Source of the DNA: Chrysomallon squamiferum
Taxonomy: Eukaryota; Animalia; Mollusca
Direction of reading: 5' to 3'
Length of the DNA: 64,000 bases
Assembly: GCA_012295275.1 (NCBI GenBank)
Contig: CM022668.1
Location: 5,456,001 to 5,520,000, forward strand
Under the pieces are notes generated by a model. It was not told the DNA's origin, ran no database searches, and was given only the letters and a program-made list of their open reading frames with translations. Positions 38,656 through 51,030 of the stretch are shown one piece after another (position 1 is the first letter of the stretch; each line of letters begins with the position of its first letter). The translations under genes and the position numbers were made by a program.

Positions 38656-40232
38656 AGAAAATACTGTTATGTAACCTGGGTTCTTTTTTTTTCCTTCTTT
38701 TTTTCTCATTATAGAATGTTCCACGAGGACTATTAAACATTAGATGATGATCATCATCATCATCATGATAATAATAATAATAATAATGATAATAATAACA
38801 AAGATAACGATAATGATAATGATGATGATGATAATAATAGTAATAATACAACACACTTTTTAATTTTTTTCCTCTCCCCAGAATATGTTTTTATTGTTTT
38901 ATTTTAGAAAAGTGATGGATGCCATGTTTCTGCCTGTGTTTTTATTTCTTTTGATGACCGAAGCTGGTGAGTATTTTCTTTCTGTATATTTTATTATTAT
39001 TATTTATGTAATTTGTTTGTTTGGTTAATTGGATGGTTGTTTATTCCTTATATTATTTATTTACTTGTTCTTAGTCTTTATTCTTGTATAAATGTTTATC
39101 CATGATGAAATTTTATGTTGAAATAATTATATTAGGTCTTTGGGAAAAGCAGTTACTGTTTTCATTGTGATTGGTATTTTATTTCTTTTCATTTTATTCT
39201 TCTATTTTTTTATTGTTTTTTAATTTGGTTATAATTAATCAAATTTTGTAAATTTGTTTTTATTTCTTTAAAGCAAAGCCAACAGATAAAATAATAATGT
39301 TTGTTCATTTAATCTAGTTTTAATATTTTTTATATTGTGTTTATTCATGGTGATCAAATTCAAAATAATAAAAATAAAGTAATAATCTTTCTTCCTTGTA
39401 CATTAATCATTTTCAACAAGTCAAGTGCAGTTTGATTATTTTAATGAGATATCTATTGTAAATATACACAACGGGTATAATAACTGATATATTTTTCTCA
39501 TTCATTAACAGATCTCAAGGCTTACTGGTCACTTTTAACTTTTGTTTTAAATGGCAGAACATTTTAAAAACTTAAAATTTCCCTGCATGAAAACAATGAC
39601 AGACATGTTAATACTGTATGAATTATTCAAAATTTTTCTTTTTCTTTTTATAATTTTTTTTTCCAACAAATAAGGGGTAATGGTTATTTTAATTAAATTT
39701 TAACAGCTGTTTTATTCAAAAATTTATTTTGCCCCCCGAAAAAAAAAATTTAAATATTTTATTATTTCTGTTAAATTTGATGTGTAATTTTAATACTGTA
39801 CAGTTTCTTGTCTAAAATTGAACAATTCTATTTTTTCTTCTATATAGTCAGACAATATAATGACTTAGGTTTGAATTAACTGGAACTGAATCTGTCTGAA
39901 TATCAGAACTTACCTCAGAAATTTTGGTAAATTCGAGCAACTGCTTTCTTCTTATCCTTAGCGAGTATAAATGGCGTCGTCGATACTTTAGAAGAACCAA
40001 TCAGAGTACAGATAATAAACATCTACAGGTAACAACTATGTTCATCCGGTTCTAAAAATAAATCTGGGAATTCCGTATTATGTTACTATAATTAAAATAT
40101 TTTTGTTATTTCTGTTAAATTTGGTGTGTAATTTTAACACTGTACAGTTTCTTGTGTAAAATTAAACAATTCTATTTTTTCTTATATATAGTCAGACAAT
40201 ATATATAGTTGATGTGAAAAAAAAAATACATA
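38656..40232. repeat. Direct segmental duplication, partner 58631-60136
   Basis: Near-identical sequence including the signal-peptide exon and the CCAAT/donor module. Confidence 0.9.
38915..38966 (+). CDS. Orphan signal-peptide-like exon MDAMFLPVFLFLLMTEA(G)
   Basis: ttttattttag| acceptor (exon from 38908), ATG at 38915, phase-1 donor G|gtgagt at 38966/38967. Confidence 0.45.
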
Positions 40233-41535
40233 TATATTGTTTTTATTGTAGAGTGATTTGTATGTAATGTGACATCAAGTTGGAGTAAGTTTTATATCAA
40301 AAGATTTACTGTGCATTCAAATATCATTATTACCCATATAATTTATGTTACTAATAAAATGGACTTACGTGTTCCTGTGGCCTTCCGTGTACCACTATAC
40401 TATAGTATAGGTATGTGCAGATAATCGCGATTAGCGGCTGCCGTTTCTTACCAATTAGGTGTTCCACTGAAAACGTGTTCCGCAAAAAACAACCGTAAAC
40501 AACAAATTAATAAAGCAATTTAAATGGTAAAAAATCCTTATGCAGTTCATTGTTAGAAAATGACTCAACATTTTTTAATTATATTTTATTTATTTTTAAA
40601 TATAAAAAAAATATATATTATTTTGTTGTTAATGTGTATAATCTACAAGTGTAAACAGTTGGTAGTGATTAATTTCCCCCAAAATAACGATTCTTTTCAC
40701 TGTCCTCATGTATATATCTTTTAAATCAAATCCAAAAACTTACTTTATTGTAAAAAAATATATATAATAAAAAGTATAAAGTTACTTTTACTGTATGATA
40801 TAACATTAAAATTTCAATAGTTATTACTATAATGAATGCTGCTGCATTTTGCAGGTGTTAATACAGAAGATATTATCTGCTGTAGGATCACAATGAACTG
40901 TCTTTAGTAATTTTTACCAAAATTTCTTACCTGTGTAATATTATTTTTTATTTTTTTTTATTATTATCATTTCCTTTTCATATTCTTCTTTTAAAAAAAT
41001 ATATTACGTATATTTATTTTTTTATTTTTTTTTATTTTTTATCTTTTTGTACTGTTACTGTAATTTGCTGTCTTTAGTAGTTTTGTTTTAACTTTTTATC
41101 AGGAAATGTTAAAAGTAAAATACACAGAACTTGTACTTGAAAAATATGAAAAGAGAACATTTTGCTGTTGTTCTTGTTGGAACTTATCAATTTTATTTTC
41201 TTATTTAATTTTTCAGATTTTATTTTTAATCGTATACAATAGTTTGAACAATCTTTGTCTAAAGTGTTTATTTTTGTAATCAACATAAATACCTTGATCT
41301 TACTACTACTAACAACAAAAGCAACAACAACAACAGAGGCCATTGAGGATTATTTAAAATTAAGCAGTTTTCCCATATATATACTTAAAATTTACAGTTC
41401 ACATAGTCCAGTACTCCAGTTATACATATCCCTTTCTCAAGTTATGGAAAAACATTTTCAAAATGTTATTCTGTTTTTCAGGAGAGTTACAAGAGTCGGG
41501 TACATTTTATTTAATTTTATGATTATATATATGTA

Positions 41536-41618
<83 letters not shown>

Positions 41619-42649
41619 AACCACAGGAAAATCTATATGAAGGTATATGTGTTAGCGTGGTGTGTGCATGTGTGTTTGTGTGTGCATGTGTGTATCTGTA
41701 TGTGTGTATGTGTGTGTGTCATAATCAGAAAAACTAAATCCATGGCAGACAGAAGAAAAAAGTGGCAGACGGCAGATTCTTCTTATTTAAAAAGTTGTAT
41801 GCTGGTAACTGCCTAATTTTACTGGTTTTATTAATATCTGCATTCCTTCAGCTGTTTCAATTTTTATGATTCTAAGACAATGGCCATTGCTTTGTTGTTC
41901 TTCTTCTTTTGTTTAATATGAATTAAAATGTAAAACGTATCTGTTTAAAAGTGTTGGGTTTGAAAATGTTTTATTACTATACAAATGAAACAAATATTTA
42001 AATTCAAGAGTTAGTTTATCAAAATATTTTTAAATCAAACATTCGAACATCAATACTAATATGAAGCAACAAAAATAATTCAAATAGAGCCACTTGTGAA
42101 AGCTTGGTTTCCAAAATATTCTAGTGTTGCATAAAATGTCTAAAATAATCTATAACTTTGAAAATTGCTTCTTATCTTAAAATAGTGTAAAAATAATAAT
42201 AATATTAATTTAATAAACAAATGCTGGATTTATATAATAAACAAAAGAATAATACAAATGAAGTGTTTTAAATTGTGGCATTGTGATAACAAAATTAACT
42301 TCAGCACATCAAAATCATCAGTTATATATCTAAAAGTGTTCAGTTTGAAACTAGACACTCACAAGAAAATATGTCTAACTGGTTTAAGTTAGTTCGAATG
42401 CAAATTAAATAGACTGATTTAAATAAAACATCATTTTAAACAAAATGTAAAGAAAATCAAAGTGAACTCGTTAATGCTTGTTACATATTAATTTATGTTA
42501 GTGTGAATGCAAATAAAATAAGCTGATTTAATTAAACCATTGTTAAAAGAAACTGCATCACGAAATTCAAAATGAATGCATAAATGTTTATTAAAATGTT
42601 TTAGCTTTGTGAGTTGATTCTGAGTTGATTAATAGAAAGAGCAACACAA

Positions 42650-45600
42650 AAACAAACAGAAGTAACAAATGAAAGCAAACTAATAACTGCAATAGTATAT
42701 ATGTGTGCATTTTGTTGGTACATGATAAATTTAGCAGTAATTATTGTATAACGGGGAAAAACTGTTGACTTTTACTTAGTGTATGTTTGAGTTGCTTTTG
42801 AATTTGTATACAGCTGAGAAAAATAAAACATTAAAAAGTTAACCTTCTGTTTTTATTTGATAAAGTATTTATTTATTTCAGCTTTTGTATGTGTGGTGTA
42901 TATATCATCACTGATGTGGATAAACAATCAAGAAACTAGATACTATTTTCAAACAGATCAAATGTACACTTTTTATATTTCTTTAAACAAATTAACAACT
43001 TTACTACACCATAAAATAAGAATCAGTTATTTTGAATATCTATGTAATTTTCATCATTGTATCTTCCTTAACAAACAAAGCAATCACTTGAAAATGTACC
43101 AAATGTTTGTTTATCCACTTTAACAAGAAACAATAACTTTAAAGTTTACAGAATTCATTTCATCTTATAAATATATTATGTCTAAAATATACTGATTATA
43201 TTTAGACTATTTATGATCAGTAAAACTAGATATATATGGATATGAAAAACAAAATAAAATTAAATAGTTCAAAAAGGGCAAAATTCTTTCTCTTCTTTCT
43301 TTAACTCTCATGCAGAAATACAATTCAAACTCAAAATTAAATTCCTTTAAGAATTACATGATTCATAATTAGGGAGGCAACACATTCTATATTATATACA
43401 AGGTTGTTATTAATATATATTATCTTTCAAACATTAATGCATGTGGATAAACAATCAAGAAACTATACACAATTTTCAATCATACACTTTTTACATTTCT
43501 TTAAACAAATTAACAACTTTACTACTCCATATATTAAGAATTAATTATGTTGAACATTTCATCATTATATCTTCCTTAACAAACAAACAAAGCAATCACT
43601 TGAAAATGTACCAGGTGTTTGTTTGTCCACTTTAACAAGAAACAATAATTTCAAAATTTACAGAATGCATTTAGTGTTTTTATCTTTCATGCAAAAACAA
43701 ACAAAAAATAAAAAATATAAATATTACAAAGCAAAATTAAGAAATAGTTGAATCGCTTGAAAATTTACCAAATGTCTGTTAGTTCATTTTTAACAGGAAA
43801 CACCAACACTAAAGTTAACAGAGTTTATTTATTCTTTTACTTTTCATGCAAAAACAAACAAACAAAATATTATACAGCCTTTAAAAATTGGCAAATATTT
43901 AAAACTAAAATACTGTCACAGTGACTAGTCTGAGTGGTATTGATATCTAAAATTTGGCTCGTTCGGTCTAAAGGGTAGCAGACTATAATAGCGTCACATG
44001 ACAAGAACTTAATTATCTGAGAAAAACAAACAGAAGTAATAAATGAAAGCAAATTAATAATTGCTATAGTATATAGGTGTGCATTTTGTTAGTACATGAT
44101 AAATTTAGCAGTAGATATTATTGTATAAGGGGGAAAACTGTTGACTTTTACTTTTTGTATTTTTGAGTTGCTTTTGAATTTGTATACAGCTGAGAAAAAT
44201 AAAACATTAAAAAGTTAACCTTCTGTTTTTATTTGATAAAGTATTTATTTATTTCAGCTTTTGTATGTGTAGTGTATATATCATCACTGATGTGGATAAA
44301 CAATCAAGAAACTAGATACTATTTTCAAACAGATCAAATGTACACTTTTTATATTTCTCTAAACAAATTAGCAACTTTACTACACCATAAAATAAGAATC
44401 AGTTATTTTGAATATCTATGTAATTTTCATCATTGTATCTTCCTTAACAAACAAAGCAATCACTTGAAAATGACCAGATGTTTGTTTATCCACTTTAACA
44501 AGAAACAATAACTTTAAAGTTTACAGAATTCATTTCATCTTATAAATATATTATGTCTAAAATATACTGATTATATTTAGACTATTTATGATCAGTAAAA
44601 CTAGATATATATGGATATGAAATACAAAATAAAATTAAATAGTTCAAAAAGGGCAAAATTCTTTCTCTTCTTTCTTTAACTCTCATGCAGAAATACAATT
44701 CAAACTCAAAATTAAATTCCTTTAAGAATTACATGATTCATAATTAGGGAGGCAACACATTCTATATTATATACAAGGTTGTTATTAATATATATTATCT
44801 TTGAAACATTAATGCATGTGGATAAACAATCAAGAAACTAGAATCTATTTTCAATCATACACTTTTTACATTTCTTTAAACAAATTAACAACTTTACTAC
44901 TCCATATATTAAGAATTAATTATGTTGAACATTTCATCATTATATCTTCCTTAACAAACAAACAAAGCAATCACTTGAAAATGCACCAGGTGTTTGTTTG
45001 TCCACTTTAACAAGAAACAATAACTTTAAAATTTACAGAATGCATTTAGAGTTTTTATCTTTCATGCAAAAACAAACAAAAAATATAAAATATAAATATT
45101 AAAAAGCAAAATTAAGAATCAGTTGAATCGCTTGAAAATTTACCAAATGTCTGTTAGTCCATTTTTTAACAGGAAACACTAACATTAAAGTTAACAGAGT
45201 TTATTTATTCTGTTACTTTTCATGCAAAAACAAAGAAACAAAATATTAAAAAGCCTTTAAAATTTAGCTTGGATTTAAAACTAAAATACTGTCAAGGTGA
45301 CTAGTCTGAGTGGTATTGATATCTAAAATTTGGCTCGTTCGGTCTAAAGGGTAGCAGACTATAATAGCGTCACATGACAAGAACTTAATTATCTGAGAAA
45401 AACAAACAGAAGTAATAAATGAAAGCAAATTAATAATTGCTATAGTATATAGGTGTGCATTTTGTTAGTACATGATAAATTTAGCAGTAGATATTATTGT
45501 ATAAGGGGGAAAACTGTTGACTTTTACTTTTTGTATTTTTGAGTTGCTTTTGAATTTGTATACAGCTGAGAAAAATAAAACATTAAAAAGTTAACCTTCT

Positions 45601-46780
45601 GTTTTTATTTGATAAAGTATTTATTTATTTCAGCTTTTGTATGTGTAGTGTATATATCATCACTGATGTGGATAAACAATCAAGAAACTAGATACTATTT
45701 TCAAACAGATCAAATGTACACTTTTTATATTTCTCTAAACAAATTAGCAACTTTACTACACCATAAAATAAGAATCAGTTATTTTGAATATCTATGTAAT
45801 TTTCATCATTGTATCTTCCTTAACAAACAAAGCAATCACTTGAAAATGACCAGATGTTTGTTTATCCACTTTAACAAGAAACAATAACTTTAAAGTTTAC
45901 AGAATTCATTTCATCTTATAAATATATTATGTCTAAAATATACTGATTATATTTAGACTATTTATGATCAGTAAAACTAGATATATATGGATATGAAATA
46001 CAAAATAAAATTAAATAGTTCAAAAAGGGCAAAATTCTTTCTCTTCTTTCTTTAACTCTCATGCAGAAATACAATTCAAACTCAAAATTAAATTCCTTTA
46101 AGAATTACATGATTCATAATTAGGGAGGCAACACATTCTATATTATATACAAGGTTGTTATTAATATATATTATCTTTGAAACATTAATGCATGTGGATA
46201 AACAATCAAGAAACTATATACAATTTTCAATCATACACTTTTTACATTTCTTTAAACAAATTAACAACTTTACTACTCCATATATTAAGAATTAATTATG
46301 TTGAACATTTCATCATTATATCTTCCTTAACAAACAAACAAAGCAATCACTTGAAAATGTACCAGGTGTTTGTTTGTCCACTTTAACAAGAAACAATAAC
46401 TTTAAAATTTACAGAATGCATTTAGTGTTTTTATCTTTCATGCAACAAACCAAAAATAAAAAATATAAATATTACAAAGCAAAATTAAGAAATAGTTGAA
46501 TCGCTTGAAAATTTACCAAATGTCTGTTAGTCCATTTTTAACAGGAAACACTAACATTAAAGTTAACAGAGTTTATTTATTCTTTTACTTTTCATGCAAA
46601 AACAAAGAAACAAAATATTAAAAAGCCTATAAAATTTAGCTTGGATTTAAAACTAAAATACTGTCACAGTGACTAGTCTGAGTGGTATTGACACCTAAAG
46701 TTTGGCTCGTTCGGTCTAAAGGGTAGCAGACTATAATAGCATTACGTGACAAAGTGTTAATGATCTGAGACAGCTTAAAC
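42650..46780. repeat. ~1.376 kb tandem repeat, 3 units, each with an internal sub-duplication
   Basis: Matching ORFs at 42857/44233/45609 and 43441/44816/46192 give a period of 1375-1376. Confidence 0.92.
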
Positions 46781-46868
46781 TACTAAATGACTTTTCTGTA
46801 TCCAGTAGAGAACAATAACACAAACAAGAATTCAATATGGATAATATATAGATATATATATATATATA

Positions 46869-47090
46869 CAGAGGGGAGGAAAAATAGGTGTATAGCAGTA
46901 TCAGTGAATTTTGTAGCACATTAAGTTAGTTGGACTCATTTTTCTTATTTTGAGTGTCATTAACAATATTTTATTTAAATTAATAAAAATATATGTATTT
47001 TCATATTAGCTCTTTTGTTTGAATAATAAACGCAATGAGTACTGTGAGGTTTTTTTCTCATCACTGTATACCTACTTTTGCACCTCCCTG
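46869..47090. mobile_element. Tc1/mariner-type MITE, 222 bp, TA target site
   Basis: Imperfect TIRs CAGAGGGGAGGAAAAATAGGTGTATAG ... CTGTATACCTACTTTTGCACCTCCCTG flanked by TA. Empty (TA)n site at 5279-5298 in the inverted duplicate. Confidence 0.8.
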
Positions 47091-48393
47091 TATATATGTT
47101 ACATAAAAAAAAACCTCAGGGGTAATATATAGTTAAATCATACGATGCGAACAATATACTGTAAAAGCAAATAGTGTTGATAGATAAAACTAAGTTAATT
47201 AAGCCCAGTTGGTTAACTAATCTTTTAATTATTAACATGCGTTATCTTAGTTTTTAAGCTAAGTTTGTACCACACAATAATAAAATAAAAATTCAACAGG
47301 AATAGATTTAGGTATCTTCAATCACTCAACATGTATGTTATATTATTTAATACAAAACATTAAAACAAAATTTCCATTGACTGAGTGGTCCTCAGACATG
47401 TGTCTCCAGGAGGGCACCAGTCAAAAATATCCAGTTCAAAACGCGTGCTGCTACTTACAAAACCATTATATAGCAGCCTTTCTGAATTTACTTTGCAACT
47501 TTTAATGTCCATTTTTGAGTTTGTTAATCCTAGCGTCTTAGTTTATAAAATAATGGAACCACCCCTAATTATATAACAGTTTCTAAATATCATTTTATAT
47601 TATATACAACGTTGTTATTAATATATATTGTCTTTGAAACAGCAATGCATGTGGATAAACAATCAAGAAACTAGATAATACTATTTTCAAACATACACTT
47701 TCTATATTTCCTTAAACAAATTAACAACTTTACTACATCATCAATTAAGAATCAGTTATTTTGAATATCTATATAATTTTCATCATTTTATCTTCCTTAA
47801 CAAAGCAATCCCTTGAAAATGTACCAGATGTTTGTTTATCCACTTTAACAAGAAACAGTAACTTTAAAGTTTACAGAATTCATTTCATCTGATAAATATA
47901 TTATGTCTAAAATATACTGATTATATTTAGACTATTTATGTTCAGTAAACCTAGATATAAATAAATGAAACTTAAATGTAACCAGCATACCAAGCTGCTC
48001 TTTCATTCATGTATATAGAATTTTTTTTCTTAATTACTTCAGTTCATACAGCTCGTTGATGTTAGCAAAGATAGGTAGTGAAAAAAAGTTTCAATAATTT
48101 ATTCTGAAATAATATTGGTTTAATTGTGGAAAACATCACTTGCAAATAAAAAAATTAAAAAATAAAAATAAAAAGTAATGATTCAAATGTATCAAGCATA
48201 TCAAAGTAAACTGATCTTTCATTCAAGTATATAAAACTCATTTAAGGCTTTTATAAAATTATTATTACATTAACACATACACTTCATTGATACTACACTG
48301 ATGGATTGGATGTGTAAGATGTTTTTCAGTAATTTATCCTGAAATAACATTAAGATAATTCTTGGAAATATGAACGTATGAGAAAAATTTCCT

Positions 48394-48526
48394 TCACCGT
48401 AATATCACCTTCTTCGTCAGTGAGTTGGACAGAGCTGGTGACTGCTTAAACATACGACCATCCTCCTTCTTGACTTTCTTACCTACTTTCTCATTTACTA
48501 ATGTAAGCAAACTGAGAATATCCATT
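48394..48526 (-). CDS. Gene 3 terminal p10 exon (MDILSLLTLVNEKVGK..KQSPALSNSLTKKVILR*)
   Basis: 133 nt, open, TGA at 48396-48394. Confidence 0.82.
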
Positions 48527-49598
48527 CTGAAAATTAAAATTAAAATAAATTTAAAGAAGTAATAAATAGTAATGTTCTAGCAACAAACAGAAAAGGTAAA
48601 ATATATATATGTCCCACTTGCATTTTGGTTTGGTTTGGTATAGTTTTGGTGTTAGTTTGGTATTGGTTTGGTAAAGGATCTGAAAGGAGAATGAAAAGGA
48701 ACATTCCTTTGGAGGTTGTAACTGAAATACAGTCACAAATGTAACAAATGTTTCCAACGTATGTATAATATATATAATGAGTATGAATTATACCAAATTT
48801 TGTAATCATCAGATGGACAGTTTTTTATTTGGTTCATAGTAACTAATGTGCCCTCCCTTGAAAATACATCATCCAGCTATTAGCTAAAAAGGTGTCACAT
48901 GACAAAAGATCAATACAAAGCACTTAGGCAAGGTCACAAAGAACAGTACCAAAGTCACAGAATATAGTGGTATCCAAATATATTACTCCACTGGGTCTTT
49001 TATTTTTATTTTAAATATTCAACAGTGGAAAATATGTAAACTGAAACAGTGCTAAAAGGTGTTTGAATCTGCCTTTTATTTCCAAAAAGAGCAGTCAATA
49101 TTGTGTTCATTAAATCAATTTGCAAACTGTATATCTTTATTTCCTAAACAGGGAGATGACCTTTCTCATGATTATTTTCTTTATTACTACATTTATAAAA
49201 TAATCCTAAACACAACATTTCCCTGATATCACAAGAAACATCTAGACAGGTACAGTTTAAACAAATGTTTCTGTTTAATATTTCTCCACAATCATCATCA
49301 TCATCATTGTCCTGCTCTTCTGGACTACTTTTTGGACTCACTTCCATCTTCTAAAATCATATCTATGACCTTTCTTTTCTCTTATGCAGATAACTGTTTT
49401 TTTGGACATCGGGTGATGTTTAACATAATTATTTTTCCTCACGTTTGCCTGGTGTTAGTGTTTTCTTTGTCTGTCTAGTTAGTGTCCGTGTTTCTACATC
49501 ATATGTCATTTCTGCAAGAAAACATTAGTCGTTATGTTCAAGCTCATTCCTAAGCTTCCCCTTTAAATTTCATACAATCCTAAAATTCATTTACTTAC

Positions 49599-49761
49599 TT
49601 TTCACCATGTTCATTTAAAACTTCTGTCAGTTCTGTGATGTACAAAGATCCAGATGAATTTGATCTGTAAGACACATAACCTGGTACTGTTGCATATCCT
49701 ATAAGCAAATCTTGTTCTTTTGGGTTTGTTTCTACCTGTGGATCCTTCCTGTTAATATCTG
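49599..49761 (-). CDS. Gene 3 linker plus p10 exon
   Basis: 163 nt; DLLIGYATVPGYVSYRSNSSGSLYI; ORF 49595..49780. Confidence 0.87.
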
Positions 49762-50136
49762 CTGTAAAATAAAATATCAAAACTCAAGTTCTGATATTTT
49801 AAAAACATTAATCTTTGTTGCATGTGAACACAAACCCAAACAGATATTTACAGTTATACAAATAATAAGTATTTTAGAGGGTATAAACACAAAAACTTTA
49901 ACATTTTATCATTCGTGGACAATAACAGTAAAAAACATTTTCAAACTTGTTGCAAACTGTTCATCCCCAAAAGATCGTTCTCATGTATTCAACAAGAAGA
50001 TGGCAATTTGCACATCATCAGGCGAAAGGAATAAGCTGTGCATAGCTAAGAACAATACCTATTCATGCATGCAGTTTTGAGAAATAATTTTTAACTCCAT
50101 TAGTGAATAATAATAATAATAACAATAGTAATAGTA

Positions 50137-50211
<75 letters not shown>

Positions 50212-50228
50212 TGCCTATAAAAAAATAC

Positions 50229-50528
50229 CTGGTTGTTTTTTATTCCCCTGACAAGCCTGTATAACAAAGAACTTTGGTTTCCCACTCAGTGTTGGACACG
50301 ACTCAGGTCTAAATGGTTCAGTCAATTCTCCGATCCATACAGGCAAACCGTTACATCCATATACCACACCTTCGTCTCCGTGTGACAAAATACAACACAC
50401 AACACAGTCATAGTCACTGTGATCAAAGAAAGCCAGGCCCTTTACAGTTTCATCCATGTCAGTGTTAGTCAAATTTTCTTTGTACTGGACGATGAACTGA
50501 AGGTTCTCAAAAGTTTCTTTCAGCTTAA
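50229..50528 (-). CDS. Gene 3 catalytic p20 exon (SHG, QACQG)
   Basis: 300 nt; ORF 50215..50472. Confidence 0.9.
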
Positions 50529-50931
50529 CTACAAATAAAATTTATTTACATATTTTTTAACTAGGTATGAATATTGATGTGTGTTAATGTATGTGTAAGT
50601 TAGGTTTGAACAAAAAAATATCTCTTTTATACACATTCTGAAAGGTGAAAAAATGGGATATAATTAATTATGTAAGTGAATACATCTCTCTACAAATATC
50701 TAAATACTGTATGAATTTTGTTTAAAAAACACTGTGAATTATATATACACACACACCTCATATACTTTCATTATTATTGCTTTTATTACAATTACTATTT
50801 TATTGTTATTTGTTGTTAGTATTAGTATTATTATTGTCATAATTATCACTGTTATTGTTATTAATACTGTTATTTTTATTATTACTATAGTTGTTGTTGT
50901 TACTGCTATTTTCTTTCAAAGTAAAACTTAC

Positions 50932-51030
50932 CAGAATCAACATCAGTTCCCTTTCTTTCTTTCAACTTTTTAGCTTCTGGCTTCACTGGATATGTGTGAA
51001 AATCTCTCTTGTTGATTAATAAACACATTC
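50932..51030 (-). CDS. Gene 3 p20 N-terminal exon (MCLLINKRDF..ERKGTDVDS)
   Basis: 99 nt, GT-AG. Confidence 0.85.

Larger units (their letters stand above)
39035..47381. repeat. Second arm of the large inverted duplication (partner 4998-11653)
   Basis: Reverse-complement identity; differs by one extra 1.376 kb unit, a MITE and small indels. Confidence 0.92.

Noticed and set aside
41074-41737. Long ORFs 41255..41737/9013..9456 and 41074..41343/9368..9637
   Set aside because: They run through (GA)n and (GT)n microsatellites with non-ATG or low-complexity content; identity between copies reflects the inverted duplication.
42857-46386. Repeated 64-92 aa ORFs (MWINNQET..., MIKYLFISAF...) that look like a small-peptide family
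   Set aside because: By-products of the AT-rich tandem repeat; copies differ by frameshifts and show no recognisable domain or splice structure.
49144-49347. Acidic, Cys-rich ORF (and hydrophobic ORFs 14330..14621, 28271..28481) in the last caspase intron as a hidden C-terminal or transmembrane exon
   Set aside because: Lies downstream of the conserved NDI-stop, and reading frames are not preserved between paralogs; at most the UTR of the alternative exon.
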